Source: Erysipelotrichaceae bacterium (GTDB taxonomy: Bacteria > Bacillota_I > Bacilli_A > Erysipelotrichales > Erysipelotrichaceae). Taken from it: a stretch of DNA of 32,000 nucleotides. This document shows, in pieces, positions 1 through 9,478 of the stretch. The stretch is taken from contig JAUVVC010000006.1 of NCBI GenBank assembly GCA_030604855.1, forward strand, positions 60,001 to 92,000. Direction: 5' to 3'. The translations under genes and the position numbers were made by a program. Positions within the stretch are counted from its first letter, which is position 1. Every line of letters starts with the position of its first letter. The notes beneath the pieces are model-generated. The model was given only the letters and a program-made list of their open reading frames with translations. It searched no databases and was not told where the DNA came from.

Positions 1-1059
1 CCGGATAACTTTGAACAGTATCTTGGTGTTTTTGATTTAAATGAACGCACACCGCTACCAGTTCAAAGCGATAAATTGCTCAATGCCTTGGTGCATGCGA
101 TCCGTGAATTCGACCGTCAACTCTTAAAAGGGAAGACACCGTGGATCATCGGCTTGTCGGGTGGTCTGGACAGCAGTGTGAATGCGGCACTTCTGGTCCA
201 TGCTTTGGGTAAACATCGTGTCATCGGATATAACATGGCTTCACGCTACAATCAAGCCAAAACAAAATCCATCGCTGCTGAATCCGCAGAGTTATTAGGC
301 ATCGAGTACCATGAAGGCAGCATCGAAGCTTTGGTTCAATCCACTGTGGATACCTTGAAAGATTATGCGATCGATGCGGTCGAAGGTTTGGCGTTTGAGA
401 ACATTCAAGCTCGTATACGTGGTCATCTCTTATCCTCCTTCGCCTCATACAAGGGGGGTGTCATCTGCAACAATGGCAATAAGGTCGAATGTGCCTTAGG
501 CTATGCGACTCTCTATGGGGATACGATCGGAGCCTTGAGTCCCTTGGGGGATTGCACAAAAATGGATCTCTTTCATTTGGCAAAACGCTTGAATGAGATC
601 TTTAATGCGGAAGTCATTTCCAAGGATCTGATTCCCACGATTGAAGCGAACACCATCCACTTTGCTTTAGCCCCCAGTGCTGAGCTCAGAACCGATCAAT
701 TGGATCCGATGAAATGGGTCTATCACGATTGGTTGGTTCAGTACTTTACTCAATATCCAAGTCATCATCTCTTGGAATGGTTGGAAATCTATGCGAACGA
801 TCAATGGCAATCCCTCGAAATTGCCCCTTGGATCCGTTATTACCATTTGGATGACCCCAAGAACTTTGTGGAAGACATCCAGTGGTTCATGAAAGCGTGG
901 CACTTTGCGGTCTTCAAACGTATTCAATTTCCACCCATTGTGACTGTAAGCCGAGGAAGCTTTGGTTATGATTATCGTGAGAGTCAATTGCCGTATGTGA
1001 ACGATACAGCCGTGGAAGCGATGCTTGAGCGGATCTTAGCGAAAAGAGGACAAGCATGA
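1..1059 (+). CDS. nadE: NAD+ synthetase, PP-loop ATP-pyrophosphatase domain (5' end runs off the window)
   Basis: Frame 1 is open from base 1 (PDNFEQYLGVF...), so the listed TTG start at 76 is probably internal. PP-loop motif GLSGGLDSSV. Stop TGA 1057-1059 overlaps the next ATG (ATGA). Confidence 0.85.
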   Translation, partial: PDNFEQYLGVFDLNERTPLPVQSDKLLNALVHAIREFDRQLLKGKTPWIIGLSGGLDSSVNAALLVHALGKHRVIGYNMASRYNQAKTKSIAAESAELLGIEYHEGSIEALVQSTVDTLKDYAIDAVEGLAFENIQARIRGHLLSSFASYKGGVICNNGNKVECALGYATLYGDTIGALSPLGDCTKMDLFHLAKRLNEIFNAEVISKDLIPTIEANTIHFALAPSAELRTDQLDPMKWVYHDWLVQYFTQYPSHHLLEWLEIYANDQWQSLEIAPWIRYYHLDDPKNFVEDIQWFMKAWHFAVFKRIQFPPIVTVSRGSFGYDYRESQLPYVNDTAVEAMLERILAKRGQA

Positions 1060-2195
1060 AAAAGTGGTTCAATCCGGAACAAATCAGTTCTGTCGTATCC
1101 TTTACCTTAGCGGGTCTGTTGCTCATTGGGGTGTACTTCTTGATTTTGAACATCCAAATTTTGGAAATGAATTTTCTTAGACTGCTCAGTGTCTTGACGC
1201 CTTTTGTCTATGGCATTGTCTTAGCTTTCTTATTGGGACCTTTCGTACGTTTCTTTGAAGTGAACATCTTTGGTATGTTTCGATGGAAGAAAAGCCTTAA
1301 GCGTCTGCTTGCGGTCATTTTGACCTTATTGATCACACTTGAGATCACCATCCTCTTCTTCTCGTTCATCATTCCTCAAATCGTCTTGAGTCTGGGTTCG
1401 ATTTCAACCAAACTCCCCGAGTATGTCATTATACTTGAGAAGCTCTTGAATGAATGGATGGAAGTCATCAATCTGAATCAAGATTGGTCAAACTTGATCT
1501 TGGATTCATCCGAAAACCTCCTGCAGAGCTTTGTCAGTACCCTCCAAGCCTTTTTACCAAAGCTATTAGATTATTCATGGCAGTTCACAAAAACGATCTT
1601 CAATCTCATCGTTGGCATTGCGATCGCAGTATACATCACTTTGGATAAAGAACGTTTCGTATTGCAGATCAAGAAGATTCATTATGCGCTCTTCGGTCAA
1701 AAGATCACCGATGATCTGATCGACTTGAGCCGTTTGTCTTTGAACATGATGCATCGCTTCATCCTGGGCAAAGCCTTGGATTCTTTAATCATCGGTGTGA
1801 TCTGTTACTTGGGTATGCTCCTGCTGAAACTGGAATACCCGGTGCTTATCAGTGTCGTCATCGGGATGACGAACATGATTCCGGTTTTTGGCCCTTTCAT
1901 TGGTGCCGTACCGGGTGCCTTGATTCTGCTCATCGTCTCACCGATTCAAGCGCTATGGTTCATTCTGTTCATCATTGTTTTACAACAGTTCGATGGTAAT
2001 TATTTGGGACCACGCATCCTCGGCGATTCCATGGGTTTGCCAAGTTTGTGGATCATGTTTGCGATCATCGTGGGGGGTGGTTACTTCGGTTTGATTGGGA
2101 TGTTCATGGGTGTTCCCATTTTTGCCGTCATCTACCTTGTTCTTAAACGCTTGATTCATCAAAGGTTGAGCCAAAAAGCCATTGTCATAAAGTAA
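1056..2195 (+). CDS. AI-2E family (PerM/UPF0118) membrane transporter
   Basis: 379 aa polytopic membrane protein. The C-terminal block GMTNMIPVFGPFIGAVPGALILL...LQQFDGNYLGPRILG is typical of the AI-2E/UPF0118 family. ATGA overlap with nadE. Confidence 0.8.
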   Translation: MKKWFNPEQISSVVSFTLAGLLLIGVYFLILNIQILEMNFLRLLSVLTPFVYGIVLAFLLGPFVRFFEVNIFGMFRWKKSLKRLLAVILTLLITLEITILFFSFIIPQIVLSLGSISTKLPEYVIILEKLLNEWMEVINLNQDWSNLILDSSENLLQSFVSTLQAFLPKLLDYSWQFTKTIFNLIVGIAIAVYITLDKERFVLQIKKIHYALFGQKITDDLIDLSRLSLNMMHRFILGKALDSLIIGVICYLGMLLLKLEYPVLISVVIGMTNMIPVFGPFIGAVPGALILLIVSPIQALWFILFIIVLQQFDGNYLGPRILGDSMGLPSLWIMFAIIVGGGYFGLIGMFMGVPIFAVIYLVLKRLIHQRLSQKAIVIK

Positions 2196-2217
2196 AAAAG
2201 GGGGATGCCCCTTTTTT
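2194..2217. terminator. Bidirectional rho-independent terminator between convergent genes
   Basis: AAAAAAGGGGG-ATG-CCCCTTTTTT: GC stem flanked by an A-run and a T-run, lying between the transporter stop (2195) and the glnN stop (2216). Confidence 0.6.
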
Positions 2218-4288
2218 AGTCCAATAGAAATAATAATTCCAAGTATGCAGGATACGGATACACATCACGTGGTAGAATCAATTCCAAGGCATCGATTTCT
2301 TCGCGAATGACGTCTAACAGTGGGAAGACGTCTGAGCGAAGATATAAGCCTTCACTTCTTAAGTCCTCGATATGCTCTGAATGATGAAGCTTGGATTTAA
2401 GAAGGACAATTGTCTCATCGACTGTGTTCACATGCTTCATGATGGATTCAATCTGCTTGGCGTAATAGGGAAAGTCTTTAAGATCAAGCAAGCTTTTCAA
2501 GTGGGGGTGAATCGATGGAATCACTTCACGTTCAACCATGCGGATCAAAGTCTTGGCTTCAACTTGGATCGTCTTGATGTATTGCTCATATAAGATGTCC
2601 GAACGAGCATCCAATTCATACTCACCATAGATGTTGTGTCTGGCAAAAAGTGCTTTGGTCTTTTCGCAATTCAAGTACTCGATGGCTTCGACAAAGGATG
2701 CGATGTTTGGAAGACCACGTTCTTTCGCTTCATCGATCCAAGCGTTGGCATAACCATCGCCACTGAAGAGGATGCGATGATGTTTACGCATCAGTTCTTG
2801 AATGATTTTCATAGCCTCTTCACGCACGTCTTGGAGATACTTGAATTGTTCCAAGCGATTGGCGATGTCATGCAGACTGTCGGCGATGATGGTTGAGATG
2901 ACCGTGTTCGCGAAGGAAGCGGACAAGGATGAGCCCAACATGCGTAATTCAAACTTATTACCGGTGAACGCGAAGGGGGAGGTCCGATTGCGATCACTGT
3001 TGTCTTTAGGAATGTAGGACAGGTTGTTCAAAGGGGCGAAACGGTTGGCTTCTTTACTGTTTTTGAGGACCTTTTTATCGGCCATTTCAAGTAGGATACG
3101 CTCGATCACATCGCCCATGAAAACGGAAATGATGGCAGGCGGAGCTTCATTCGCACCGAGACGGTGATCGTTGCCAGGTCCGGAAGATGCGAGACGCAAG
3201 AGTTCTGGATGCTCGTCAATGGCTTTTAAGATGGCGGATACAAAGACCAGGAAACGAATGTTTTCATGAGGTTTATCGCCGGGTTCCAAGAGGTTCTGTC
3301 CATCATCGGTGATGAGTGACCAGTTGTTGTGTTTACCCGAACCATTGATGCCTTTGAAAGGTTTTTCATGTAAGAGACACGCCAAGTCATGTTTCAAGGC
3401 GACTTTCTTTAAGACATCCATCAATAGTTGGTTCTGATCCACCGCAATGTTCGCATCGGCATAGATGACGGAAAACTCAAACTGACCCGGTGCGACTTCA
3501 TTGTGTTCAACCTTGGAATAGATACCCATCTTCCAGAGTTCCACATTCACTTCATCCATATACGCTTTGACACGGTTTGGAATCGAACCGAAATAATGGT
3601 CTTCAAACTCTTGACCTCGTGGTGCACTGGCACCAAGTAAGGTTCTTCCGGTTAAAACAAGATCTTTACGTTCCGCAAACATCTTTCGATCGACTAAGAA
3701 ATATTCCTGTTCAAGCCCAACCGATAGATTGACATGCTTGACTTGCTTATCGCCCAAGGCTTGAACGACACGACTGCTTTCTTGACTTAAGCGATCCAAG
3801 GCTTTGAGTAAAGGGGATTTTTGATCCAAGGCTTCTCCATTATACGAAACAAAGATGGAGGGAATGCAAAGGACTTTATCACGGATGAAGGCTGGCGAAC
3901 TGATGTCCCAATAGGTGTAACCACGGGCTTCAAACGTTGCTCTTAGACCGCCACTGGGGAAACTGGATCCATCGGTTTCACCTTTGATCAAAGTCTTTCC
4001 CGAGAAGCGTGCAATGGCATTGCCATCTTTGTCCTTCTCCAAGAAACTATCGTGTTTTTCTGCTGTTTGTCCGGTGAGGGGTTGGAACCAATGCGTGTAA
4101 TGGGTGACGCCAAATTCCATCGCCCAAGCTTTCATCGCATGTGCGATCGCATCGGCTGTATTGCGATCCAATGAGCTTTCTTTTGCCAAGGCGGTTTTCC
4201 ATCCGGTATAGATGGGGTAGGGTAAACGTTCACGCATGATTTTCTCACCAAAGAGGTGAATGCCAAATTCGTCGAAGGGATGTGCCAT
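2216..4288 (-). CDS. glnN: Glutamine synthetase, type III
   Basis: About 690 aa. N-terminal FGxxxFxxxxMxxxLPxxxY...THYTHWFQPLTG and a central GS catalytic region (EVAPGQFE, NGSGKHNNWS) fit GSIII. Start moved to ATG 4288 (MAHPFDEF), which has AAGGAG 6 nt upstream. The longer ORF start at 4312 has no RBS. Confidence 0.9.
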   Translation of the reverse strand: MAHPFDEFGIHLFGEKIMRERLPYPIYTGWKTALAKESSLDRNTADAIAHAMKAWAMEFGVTHYTHWFQPLTGQTAEKHDSFLEKDKDGNAIARFSGKTLIKGETDGSSFPSGGLRATFEARGYTYWDISSPAFIRDKVLCIPSIFVSYNGEALDQKSPLLKALDRLSQESSRVVQALGDKQVKHVNLSVGLEQEYFLVDRKMFAERKDLVLTGRTLLGASAPRGQEFEDHYFGSIPNRVKAYMDEVNVELWKMGIYSKVEHNEVAPGQFEFSVIYADANIAVDQNQLLMDVLKKVALKHDLACLLHEKPFKGINGSGKHNNWSLITDDGQNLLEPGDKPHENIRFLVFVSAILKAIDEHPELLRLASSGPGNDHRLGANEAPPAIISVFMGDVIERILLEMADKKVLKNSKEANRFAPLNNLSYIPKDNSDRNRTSPFAFTGNKFELRMLGSSLSASFANTVISTIIADSLHDIANRLEQFKYLQDVREEAMKIIQELMRKHHRILFSGDGYANAWIDEAKERGLPNIASFVEAIEYLNCEKTKALFARHNIYGEYELDARSDILYEQYIKTIQVEAKTLIRMVEREVIPSIHPHLKSLLDLKDFPYYAKQIESIMKHVNTVDETIVLLKSKLHHSEHIEDLRSEGLYLRSDVFPLLDVIREEIDALELILPRDVYPYPAYLELLFLLD

Positions 4289-4463
4289 AATTTGCTCCTT
4301 AAATATGTACACAATTTTATGCTTAAAATTTGAAAAGTAAATAAAAAAATAAAAAATATTTTAGAAAATCACCAAAATATTTTATGAAAACGCTTAGAAT
4401 GTGAAAATTATCGATAAATATAGTCAAAATATTAGAAAAATCTATTAATGGTTAAAAATACAT

Positions 4464-4489
4464 AAAAAAAGACCAGATTGCTCTAGTCT
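4464..4489 (-). terminator. Rho-independent terminator of the PAP2-nfu transcript
   Basis: On the minus strand: AGACTAG-AGCAAT-CTGGTCT followed by TTTTTTT. The stem overlaps the nfu stop codon (4483-4485). Confidence 0.5.
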
Positions 4490-4713
4490 ACCACAATGAC
4501 TTCTGTTACGCCGAGAACTTCTTCAATGAGTAAGGTTTCGACTCCCATCTTGATGGTCACATCAATGGCGCTGCAACCGACACAGGCTCCAAAGACACGA
4601 ACATATACACGACCTTCTTCATCGATGCTTACAAATTCCACATCCCCACCATCGCGTTGGAGGTAAGGACGAATTTTATCTAATACGTCTATGACTTCTT
4701 TTTCAATATTCAT
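4483..4713 (-). CDS. NifU C-terminal-domain (Nfu-type) Fe-S cluster carrier protein
   Basis: 76 aa. IRPYLQRDGGDVEFVSIDEEGRVYVRVFGACVGCS matches the Nfu/NifU C-terminal CxxC domain pattern. Confidence 0.8.
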   Translation of the reverse strand: MNIEKEVIDVLDKIRPYLQRDGGDVEFVSIDEEGRVYVRVFGACVGCSAIDVTIKMGVETLLIEEVLGVTEVIVVD

Positions 4714-4720
4714 GTGCGTA

Positions 4721-5176
4721 TCATCTCACAAACAACATCAAACCTGCAACCGTTAAGCCCAAAACGACACCCCCAATGACTTCGAACCACTGATGTCCCA
4801 AAACCTCTTTGATCTTCATCAAATAGATGGGATCATCCAATTTGATGGTTGAGAGGGTCTGGATGTCCTTGACCAATTGTTGGGTCAACTGAATGTTTCG
4901 TCCAGCATAATAACGGACATTGGCCGCATCATACAAGACAATCAAGCTGAAGATCAACACCACGGCGAACAGTGTGGAAGAAAAACGTTCTTGAAAGCCG
5001 ACCGCCAAGCTTAACGCAGAGACGGTTGATGTATGGGAGGATGGAAAACCACCGCTGTCCCAAAGTAGACGGGATTCCCATTTACCGGTTCGATAATAGC
5101 GAAAAACAGGTTTTATGGCTTGTGCGATTAGGTTGGCTGAGATGGCAGCCCAAAATGGATATAGATTACCGAGCAT
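4721..5176 (-). CDS. Divergent PAP2 family protein (DUF212, acid phosphatase/vanadium haloperoxidase-related)
   Basis: GGFPSSHTSTVSALSLAVG...VLYDAANVRYYAG...LGHQWFEV is the DUF212 signature. Start set at ATG 5176 (MLGNLYPF, GAGGAA RBS). The annotated 5350 start would run through the divergent promoter and into the S1 gene. Confidence 0.78.
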   Translation of the reverse strand: MLGNLYPFWAAISANLIAQAIKPVFRYYRTGKWESRLLWDSGGFPSSHTSTVSALSLAVGFQERFSSTLFAVVLIFSLIVLYDAANVRYYAGRNIQLTQQLVKDIQTLSTIKLDDPIYLMKIKEVLGHQWFEVIGGVVLGLTVAGLMLFVR

Positions 5177-5191
5177 AGTTTCCTCGTTCGA

Positions 5192-5228
5192 TATTATAGC
5201 ACAGAACAAAAAGTCCTGTGCTATAATA
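5192..5228. promoter_or_regulatory. Divergent promoter pair built from a perfect 13-bp inverted repeat
   Basis: TATTATAGCACAG (5192-5204) and CTGTGCTATAATA (5216-5228) with an 11-nt spacer. Each arm reads TGcTATAAT (extended -10) in the outward direction, correctly placed ahead of the RBS and ATG of the genes at 5176 (-) and 5249 (+). Confidence 0.5.
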
Positions 5229-5248
5229 ATTACGCTAAAGGAGTCTGT

Positions 5249-5614
5249 ATGAACTATCGGGTCGGTCAAATCATCGAAGCACAAATCACGGGCATCAAAC
5301 CTTACGGGGCTTTTGTGAGCGTGGATGAAAATGTCAGTGGTTTGATCCATATTTCTGAATTATCCGATGGGTTTGTCCGTGATGTCGAGAGTTTCGTCAA
5401 AATGGGTGAGAAGGTCAAGTTGAAGGTGTTGGAAGTCGATGAACAGAACCATCAATTGCGTCTTTCCCTTAAGGCGGTTCAAATGAACTCGCGTAAATCA
5501 CGTCCACGCATGAAACCAATGATCAAATTAAAAGAGAAGATTGGTTTTGCGTCATTGAAAGCACAACTAAATGATTGGGTTAAAGAAGCTCAAAAGGAGA
5601 ACAAGCATGATTAA
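5249..5614 (+). CDS. S1 RNA-binding domain protein (general stress protein 13 / YabR-like)
   Basis: [39 protein letters not shown]...[21 protein letters not shown] is a canonical S1 fold sequence. AAGGAG RBS. Confidence 0.82.
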   Translation: MNYRVGQIIEAQITGIKPYGAFVSVDENVSGLIHISELSDGFVRDVESFVKMGEKVKLKVLEVDEQNHQLRLSLKAVQMNSRKSRPRMKPMIKLKEKIGFASLKAQLNDWVKEAQKENKHD

Positions 5615-6881
5615 GATGGATTTACAGTATGCTCATGTGAGCGATGCATTTGCAGGGTATCAAGCCGAGGTTTCCAAGTATCATCACCAAATGATCGAAA
5701 AGACTGGTTTGGGAAATGATTTCTTGGGATGGTACACCCTCCCTTTTGATTACGATAAAGCTGAGTTTGAATTGGTGAAACAATTAGCCAAGAACATTCG
5801 TGAGAAAGCAGACGTCTTCATTGTCTGTGGCATCGGTGGCTCGTATCTGGGTTCACGTGCGGCCATTGAAATGGTTCAAGGCATTTTCCCGAAACGGGAT
5901 GTGGAAGTCTTCTTTGTTGGGAACACGTTCTCAAGTACGTATATCCTTCAATTGATGGAGAAGGTCAAAGATAAGAGTGTTTATGTCAATGTCATTTCCA
6001 AATCAGGCACAACCACAGAAACAGCCATAGCCTTCAGACTGTTTGAACAATTCTTGGTTGAGAAATATGGAGTGGAAGGCAGTCGTGAGCGCATTGTTGC
6101 GACAACAGACAAAGCTAAAGGCACACTGAAAAATCTTGCGACCCAAAAAGGGTATCAAACCTTGACCATACCGGATGATGTCGGGGGTCGTTATTCCGTC
6201 TTGACATCGGTTGGTTTACTACCGATTGCGGTGGCGGGCTTGGACATCGATGCGATGATGCAAGGCGCACGGGATGCGGCTGAAGCACACAAGTCGGAAA
6301 TGATTGAGGAAAACCCTGCGTATCAATACGCAGTCAGTCGTCGAATCCTTGAAGCGAAGGGCAAGAACATCGAGCTCTTCGTGGCTTATGAAACCCAACT
6401 AAGCATGCTTGCGGAGTGGTGGAAGCAACTCTTTGGGGAGTCGGAAGGGAAAGAGGATAAGGGATTGTTTCCGGCGTCCGTGAACTTCTCGACGGATCTT
6501 CACTCGATGGGTCAATTCGTACAAGAAGGATCCAAGGATCTCTTTGAAACTTTGATTCTTGTGGAAAAACCGAACTTGGATCGCTCGTTCCCAAGTGATG
6601 CGGATAACTATGACAACATGAATTATCTTGCGGGTAAGACACTGGATGAAGTGAATAAGAATGCGGCTTTAGGGACGCTTCAAGCGCACCATGATGAAGG
6701 TGGAATTCCAAACATCTTGATCACCTTGCCAGAGATGAGTGCATACAGCTTCGGCTATCTGGCTCAGTTCATGTTCATTGCCTGTGGCATGTCGGTGTAT
6801 CTCTTGGGGGTCAATCCTTTCAATCAACCAGGTGTTGAAGTTTATAAGAAAAACATGTTCCGCTTGTTGGGCAAACAATAA
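5607..6881 (+). CDS. pgi: Glucose-6-phosphate isomerase
   Basis: Short Firmicute-type PGI: [41 protein letters not shown]. Start at ATG 5607 (AAGGAG upstream) with an 8-nt ATGATTAA overlap with the S1 gene. Confidence 0.92.
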   Translation: MIKMDLQYAHVSDAFAGYQAEVSKYHHQMIEKTGLGNDFLGWYTLPFDYDKAEFELVKQLAKNIREKADVFIVCGIGGSYLGSRAAIEMVQGIFPKRDVEVFFVGNTFSSTYILQLMEKVKDKSVYVNVISKSGTTTETAIAFRLFEQFLVEKYGVEGSRERIVATTDKAKGTLKNLATQKGYQTLTIPDDVGGRYSVLTSVGLLPIAVAGLDIDAMMQGARDAAEAHKSEMIEENPAYQYAVSRRILEAKGKNIELFVAYETQLSMLAEWWKQLFGESEGKEDKGLFPASVNFSTDLHSMGQFVQEGSKDLFETLILVEKPNLDRSFPSDADNYDNMNYLAGKTLDEVNKNAALGTLQAHHDEGGIPNILITLPEMSAYSFGYLAQFMFIACGMSVYLLGVNPFNQPGVEVYKKNMFRLLGKQ

Positions 6882-6885
6882 AAGT

Positions 6886-6922
6886 AAAAGCTGGTCCTAG
6901 TGAATTGAACCAGCTTTTTTTT
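6886..6922. terminator. Bidirectional terminator between pgi and apbE
   Basis: AAAAGCTGGT ... ACCAGCTTTT 10-bp stem followed by a T-run. The complementary A-run serves the minus strand. Confidence 0.65.
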
Positions 6923-8048
6923 ACGGTTTTAAGCGTGATTGGATGCCCTCTGAATGAACGACGGAGAAGCCGACACTCTCGATGGATGCGACCGGTGCCT
7001 GGTTGAGCTCATAAACCCAAGTGGCTTCAATCGTGTCGTTAGGATAGGTGGTTCGTAGCTCATCAACAAGCTTCAAGGCCTCTTCATAAGGAAGAATGAA
7101 CATCGCCTTTGATAAGGCTTCCGCAGCCCCTGCGCTTAAGCTTGTGGCGACGGTGACGGAATGCAAAGGTGTTTCAACAGGGAATAAGGTGATCGGATCG
7201 ATCAGATGATGATAGTATTTGCCATCTTCCGCAAGATAATAGTTCTGATTGTCTCCGGATGTGGAGATAAAGATGCTTTCATTGAAATATAAGGTGTCCA
7301 CGCTTCCATCCGCAAAGATGACGTTACGCTTTGGTTGAGCGATGCCGACACCCCATTCATCCCCATTGGGTTTGGTTCCGATCGTGATGATCGAACTGTC
7401 CCCGATATTGATGATGGCGGTCTCTAAGCCTGCGTCTTTGAGCTTATTCACCGCAATATCAATGGCGAAGCCTTTGGCGATGCCACCGACATCCAAGCGT
7501 GTGCAAGGGTTGGTGATGAAGACGGTATTGGCTTGATCATCTATTTCGACAAAGCCCCAACCTGTGCAGGTGTCCGCTTGTTGGAGTAATCCAAGACTTG
7601 GGATCCGTCCGAATTCAGTGGGATCGGCTGCGTTCATCAGTTTGCCTTCATTGCGATAATCGGACCAGATATCGAGTACGGCACCCAGTGAAACATTGAA
7701 GGTATTTTGACTAAGACTTGCCCAGTCCCGTGCGAAGACTAGTAGATCGATCAAGTTTTGATCGACTTCGACGGCTTTGATGCCAGCTTGATCGTTGATG
7801 GTTTTAAGGTTGTTTAGGTTTGGGTAGTCGTTGTATCGATCAAACAACTGACCGAGATAGGACATCTCTGTCTTCAATTGTTCAAAGTATTTATCAAACT
7901 CTGCCTGACTGTTGGTATAGGCCACAAAGGTTACGGGCGCATCGTTGAAGCCAAGATTGATGGCCACATTGCTGTAACGATCAGGGGCTTTTGCACAGCC
8001 GACGATCAGTAGACTGAGGGTAAGGATTAAGAGCATTTTTCGTTTCAT
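6921..8048 (-). CDS. apbE: FAD:protein FMN transferase (ApbE family) lipoprotein
   Basis: Signal peptide with lipobox LLIVGC. ApbE-family blocks DVGGIAKGFAID and HHLIDPIT. AGGAG RBS. Divergent from the rnf operon, whose subunits it would flavinylate. Confidence 0.88.
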   Translation of the reverse strand: MKRKMLLILTLSLLIVGCAKAPDRYSNVAINLGFNDAPVTFVAYTNSQAEFDKYFEQLKTEMSYLGQLFDRYNDYPNLNNLKTINDQAGIKAVEVDQNLIDLLVFARDWASLSQNTFNVSLGAVLDIWSDYRNEGKLMNAADPTEFGRIPSLGLLQQADTCTGWGFVEIDDQANTVFITNPCTRLDVGGIAKGFAIDIAVNKLKDAGLETAIINIGDSSIITIGTKPNGDEWGVGIAQPKRNVIFADGSVDTLYFNESIFISTSGDNQNYYLAEDGKYYHHLIDPITLFPVETPLHSVTVATSLSAGAAEALSKAMFILPYEEALKLVDELRTTYPNDTIEATWVYELNQAPVASIESVGFSVVHSEGIQSRLKP

Positions 8049-8064
8049 ATTGGTCTCCTGGGTT

Positions 8065-8073
8065 ATTATACCA
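8065..8073 (-). promoter_or_regulatory. Extended -10 promoter for apbE
   Basis: Minus strand reads TGgTATAAT, about 12 nt upstream of the AGGAG RBS. Confidence 0.4.
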
Positions 8074-8119
8074 TATGCATATTGCTTTACAAAAATGTGT
8101 TTTTGTGTGTGCTCGAGTA

Positions 8120-8128
8120 TGCTATAAT
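8120..8128 (+). promoter_or_regulatory. Extended -10 promoter for the rnf operon
   Basis: TGcTATAAT at 8120-8128, about 50 nt upstream of the rnfC ATG. No good -35, which is consistent with the extended -10 class. Confidence 0.4.
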
Positions 8129-8179
8129 TATCATTGATTCGATAAACTATTCACGAATTAGGAAAGGTTGGGTGAAGGT

Positions 8180-9472
8180 ATGTCTTTTTTGACTGGACCA
8201 GGTAGAGAACATCTTAATGGTCACAAAGAGGAAACCCTGCATAATGAGATCGTGCGGGTTAAACCAAAAAAAGAAGTTTTTGTGCCTTTAAATAATGGGT
8301 CAGCAACGAAAGTTGATGTCTATGTTAATGAAGGGGACAAGGTTCTTGTCGGTACGCTTTTAGCGCGTCGCAATGACCATTTCAATGTGCCAATCTATTC
8401 ACCGGTATCCGGTGTCGTTGGGGCAAAGAAGAATATGATGCATTCTGTGTTGAAACCACAGGAACATCTCATCATCGAAGATGATGGTAAGTATGAGAAA
8501 GTGGAATCTTTCAAACCGCTTGATTATACCGTCGCATCTCGTGAAGAATTGGTAAACTTCATGATGGAAGCCGGTATCGTGGGCTGTGGTGGAGCAGGTT
8601 TCCCATCTTACTTAAAGTATAAAAATCCAGTTGACATCAACACCTTGATCATCAATGCGGTTGAATGTGAACCTTATATCACGTCCGATTATCGCTTCAC
8701 CAAAGAAAGCTTGGAGGATTTGTTGGTTGGGGTTCGTGCTTTGCTTAAGATGAGCACCGCACCTAAGGCCATCATTGCGATCAAGAAGTCGAAGAAAGAA
8801 ATGTGTGAACAACTTGAAGCAGTGTTGAAGGGCGATCCTTCGATTTCAGTCTTCAAGACACCGGATGTCTATCCAATGGGTTGGGAGCGCACCTTGGTTT
8901 ATGAGTTTGCCAAGAAACGCTACAACCGTCTACCCTCTGAAGTCGGCATCATCGTTAATAATGTCACAACCGCGATTGCATTTGCACGTGCTTTGCAATA
9001 TGGTGAAGGCATTGTCGAAAAAGTCGTTACCTTCTCCGGTGATGGCTTGAAGAGCCCAACCAATGTGCGTGTACCTTTTGGTACGAAAGTATCGGAAATC
9101 GTTGCGCAGATCGGTGGTTATGCCAGTGAAGATGTTTTGGTCATTGCGGGTGGTCCTATGATGGGTAAAACAATTCCTACGGATGAATTCGTCATTACCA
9201 ACTATTCCAATGCGATCACAATCTTAAAGAATGTCAAAGTCGAAGAAATGGCGTGCATGCGTTGTGGACGTTGTAACGATACCTGTCCTGCAGGTTTGTT
9301 GCCGGTACGTATCAACAATGCGGAAAAAGCTAAGGATTTGGATTTGATTGTTAAATTGAGTGCGGACCAATGTATCGAATGTGGTCTATGTACCTATGTC
9401 TGTCCTTCGAAGATTGATGTGACGGAAGGTGTACGTCGTGCGAAACGCGCTTTGGCGTTGAGAAAGGGTTAA
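8180..9472 (+). CDS. rnfC: Rnf electron transport complex subunit C
   Basis: Two ferredoxin-type motifs, CMRCGRCNDTCP and CIECGLCTYVCP. GCGGAGFPSYLK nucleotide/FMN region. N-terminus MSFLTGPG matches RnfC N-termini, so ATG 8180 is preferred over TTG 8168. Confidence 0.9.
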   Translation: MSFLTGPGREHLNGHKEETLHNEIVRVKPKKEVFVPLNNGSATKVDVYVNEGDKVLVGTLLARRNDHFNVPIYSPVSGVVGAKKNMMHSVLKPQEHLIIEDDGKYEKVESFKPLDYTVASREELVNFMMEAGIVGCGGAGFPSYLKYKNPVDINTLIINAVECEPYITSDYRFTKESLEDLLVGVRALLKMSTAPKAIIAIKKSKKEMCEQLEAVLKGDPSISVFKTPDVYPMGWERTLVYEFAKKRYNRLPSEVGIIVNNVTTAIAFARALQYGEGIVEKVVTFSGDGLKSPTNVRVPFGTKVSEIVAQIGGYASEDVLVIAGGPMMGKTIPTDEFVITNYSNAITILKNVKVEEMACMRCGRCNDTCPAGLLPVRINNAEKAKDLDLIVKLSADQCIECGLCTYVCPSKIDVTEGVRRAKRALALRKG

Positions 9473-9478
9473 TTCGAA

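Noticed and set aside
4313-4482. Search for a TnrA/GlnR box or glutamine riboswitch upstream of glnN
   Set aside because: No TGTNA-N7-TNACA match was found by eye on either strand. The region is too AT-rich and unstructured to resemble the glnA RNA motif. Only the repeat motif is reported as a finding.
5177-5350. N-terminal 58-aa extension of the DUF212/PAP2 ORF
   Set aside because: The extension would overlap the S1 gene and the divergent promoter palindrome, and it carries no family similarity. An internal ATG at 5176 with an RBS gives the normal family length.
8073-8082. 10-bp palindrome ATATGCATAT between the apbE and rnfC promoters
   Set aside because: It is short and AT-rich and is expected by chance in such a spacer. 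It does not resemble a Rex box (TTGTGAA-N4-TTCACAA). It is too weak to call an operator.
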